From: Macrostomum hystrix
Taxonomy: Eukaryota; Animalia; Platyhelminthes
Direction of reading: 5' to 3'
Length of the DNA: 64,000 bases
Assembly (NCBI GenBank): GCA_950097015.1
Contig: CATNEN010000002.1
Location: forward strand, 124,001-188,000
Below the pieces are notes generated by a model that worked only from the letters and a program-made list of their open reading frames with translations, was not told the origin of the DNA and made no database searches. The position numbers and the translations under genes were made by a program. Shown here piece after piece: positions 61,801 to 64,000 of this stretch (position 1 is its first letter; each line of letters opens with the position of its first letter).

Positions 61801-63504
61801 TTTTCATTTTTTAGAAACAAAAATATGCTACATGAGTTAAATAAAAAAAAATTCATTGCCCAAAAATATAACTTTTTTGTTTTTTTACTTAATCTATATA
61901 ATTTTTCTTTAACTGAAACCAATAATAAAATTATTTGATTGCTTAGATCTAATGTTAGTCTTATCACTGTCTTCAAACACTTGTTAAATATTCTATGAAA
62001 TCTTGTCTATCTTTAGCATCCCCCCAAATAGGCTGGTACTATGGAAACCCTACAGTAGACTAAAAATTTGTCATTTAGCTAGCAGTGAAACGAAATTTTG
62101 GGATTTCAAAAGCAAATGACCCAAAACCTAAGTTCAGAAAATTTCTGGATCCATATCATCACTACACTATACCACAATGACACAATATATATCATGGCAT
62201 TATTTATATATATAGTCTGTCAAAAATCAAAATAGGGGAATCTTCTTGTTTTGCATGTTTTAATTACTTTACAAAAGATAAAAAATTCTTAGCAACCAAA
62301 ATGTATACCCTGTACAGGTGTATAAGCATACATGCGCAACACCCGGCTCACCCAGCCGAACCGGCCAGGTGAAACAAGGGCCAAGCAAGTCCTAAGTCGC
62401 AAAAACCAATCAACCAAGCGCAAATAATTCAAAGGGGGACCAAGGGACAAAAAAAGGCATGAAGAAGAGGAAAAAGGGGAGAGAAAAAGAGAGCAAATGA
62501 CAGCAAACTAAGTCGTAAATAGAGCAATGAAACGAACTAAGTCGCAAATGAGAGCAAACTAAGTCGTAAATAGAGCAAAAACTAAGTCGCATGGCCGGCT
62601 AAGATTTGGGAGGTTGCGCATGTATGATGTGGTTTATAGTCTTCATCTGCCCCCATCTTGTCTGCTATTAATTTGTCTTAGCAGACAAGAAATAATATAA
62701 TATTAATACAAACTTGAACCAACAATTAAACAAATGCATATGCTACAGCTTTAATTGTCACAGTAAAACATCATATTAATAAAATGCATATGCAATGCAC
62801 AAGTTCATATTGAGATTTTATGTTTGTGTCACTTTAGTCTACAGCACATCTAAACAAGATTTGGTTCATTTTAAAGGCTCATTCTCATAGCCATCAAATG
62901 AAATGGTATATGCAAATTATTTATCTACTCATGAAAATCATTTGTTCACAAAAATGTTAACTTATCTATTAACAGACAAAGATATGAGAATATGCCAGCT
63001 ATGACATCTGAGTGGCTTGCTTGTTGGTTGTTAGTTACTGTTTAAAATTTTTACTAAAAAGTAAATTTTACTTAATGTTATAAATCATTTTAAATAAAAT
63101 GTGCAAAACTAGAGTATGGCCATATTTAGATTGTTAAGTAAAGCAAAAGGACATACAAAAGAAAACTGAAAAAAACTAAAATGTAACTGAATCATTTAAA
63201 ACTGTGTTCACTCAGCTAAAGAGGGCTAAATTAAAACAAAAAATAACTTATTTGCTTTAAATTGTTTAGGCTAAATTGAGAGGGATTAGCAGCCAAATTT
63301 TTAGCTTACAAATAGCTATAGGAAATAGATATATTAAAATACACGAAATGTAGACGCACATTGACAGGTTGATTTGCATGATACAGTTACAAAGAAATCG
63401 CCAGCTGAAAAGCTTAAATGCTGTTCTAATTATAAAATTAAACTCACCTTTTATAAATCGAACACACAGAAAGTACAATTCCTCAAGACTGAAAGAACTG
63501 TCTC
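55844..63504 (-). CDS. ACBD3: Golgi resident protein GCP60 (ACB domain + coiled coil + Q domain + GOLD), 5'-partial
   Basis: Exons 63504-63448 ([15 protein letters not shown]), 61739-61598 ([11 protein letters not shown]...[10 protein letters not shown]), 61199-61035 (WQALGDLS), 60961-60761, 59911-59613 ([18 protein letters not shown]...LQEQHYQQY), [58785-58631 or 58072-57870], 56766-56541 (VRVPTHEEG...[18 protein letters not shown]), 56055-55844 ([34 protein letters not shown]...VYYTK*). Phases consistent; start exon not found. Confidence 0.92.
56165..56455. repeat. 30-bp minisatellite (AAAGGGAGGTCATTGAACTATCATCCTACT), ~9 copies
   Basis: Direct periodicity; ACBD3 last intron. Confidence 0.92.
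57280..57730. repeat. 21-bp minisatellite (GATCTCACTTGAAATCTCACG), ~21 copies
   Basis: Direct periodicity; ACBD3 intron. Confidence 0.9.
58825..59345. repeat. 34-bp minisatellite (GAGGCTGGTGTGATGACAAACTGAATGACTTGAT), ~15 copies
   Basis: Direct periodicity; ends ~40 nt from the acceptor of alternative exon A. Confidence 0.94.
59990..60735. repeat. 20-bp minisatellite (GGAGTGACAGAAGGGGAATT variants), ~37 copies
   Basis: Direct periodicity with alternating 40-bp dimers; ACBD3 intron. Confidence 0.93.
61222..61555. repeat. 30-bp minisatellite (ATGGGATCTGACTGGTGTGTGTCTGACACA), ~11 copies
   Basis: Direct periodicity; fills most of an ACBD3 intron. Confidence 0.93.
62327..62626. mobile_element. 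Small MITE-like element (~300 bp)
   Basis: Terminal inverted repeat CATACATGCGCAAC / GTTGCGCATGTATG; could also be read as TA TSD + CATGCGCAAC TIR. Internal AACTAAGTCG repeats. Confidence 0.55.
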
Positions 63505-64000
63505 CTATAAAATGCATCGTGTCTATTACTGTATTTAAACCAATAAAATATATAAAGCTAGTTATCCTTAACAGGCTTCACACAAACTGATAAACTAGTT
63601 ATTTTACTTTATATAGTGTTAGATGTGCCCATTAGTGGATTACCGGATAAGTTTGAACACCAGGTCCACGCACGCAACTGACCATACTTCTTATAAAAAT
63701 ATGTTTTTTTGCATTATTGGGTACTGAAATATTTTTCTCTGTTTTTACTAATTGTCGATTATATTTTGTTTGTTTGAGATATTCTTTGTAACTAATTGCT
63801 GCAACTTGTTGTAATGAAGCAAAGTTGTCGATTTAAAAAAGTTTGCTTGTAGGCAGTGGCCCGTAGCTAGGAATTTTCGATGGGGGGGGATAAATGAAAA
63901 AAGGTGAACGAACAATTAAAAAAATTAACAGCAAACTTACGTATGTTATACTTTTACCATGTGTACAGCACAGCAAGAAAGCATTTTGTAACTATATACC

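Noticed and set aside
63505-63517. ATG at 63517 (minus) as the ACBD3 start codon
   Set aside because: It lies in a good polypyrimidine/AG acceptor (TTTTATAG|GA), so an upstream exon is more likely, but none was located.
63853-63890. CAGTGGCCCGTAGCTAGG...GGGGGGG, hAT-MITE-like terminus
   Set aside because: The partner end is not in the window, so neither TIR nor TSD can be verified.

Overview
Eukaryotic (metazoan) genomic DNA. Short GT-AG introns, dense minisatellites and gene content would fit a flatworm such as Macrostomum, but that is inference only. Host genes reconstructed by hand from splice sites: the 3' part of an axonemal inner-arm dynein heavy chain (DNAH7-like, +, ends 9162); a 3-exon cGAS-like/Mab-21 nucleotidyltransferase (-, 12030-14175); a 3-exon secreted neuropeptide-type prohormone that the ORF track only partly shows (+, 44984-48744); a divergent DNase II (+, 51166-52404); and ACBD3/GCP60 (-, 55844->63504) with an apparent mutually exclusive exon pair. 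From about 14706 to 37984 is a ~23 kb head-to-tail Helitron concatemer: 3 short units, one apparently intact 13.4 kb autonomous element (9-exon STPR-OTU-ZnF-Rep-PIF1 gene), 9 more short units, and a 5.6 kb satellite-filled derivative. Also present: three copies of a tRNA-derived SINE, several MITEs and more than 20 tandem arrays. All calls are by eye, no searches were run, and array boundaries and copy numbers are approximate.
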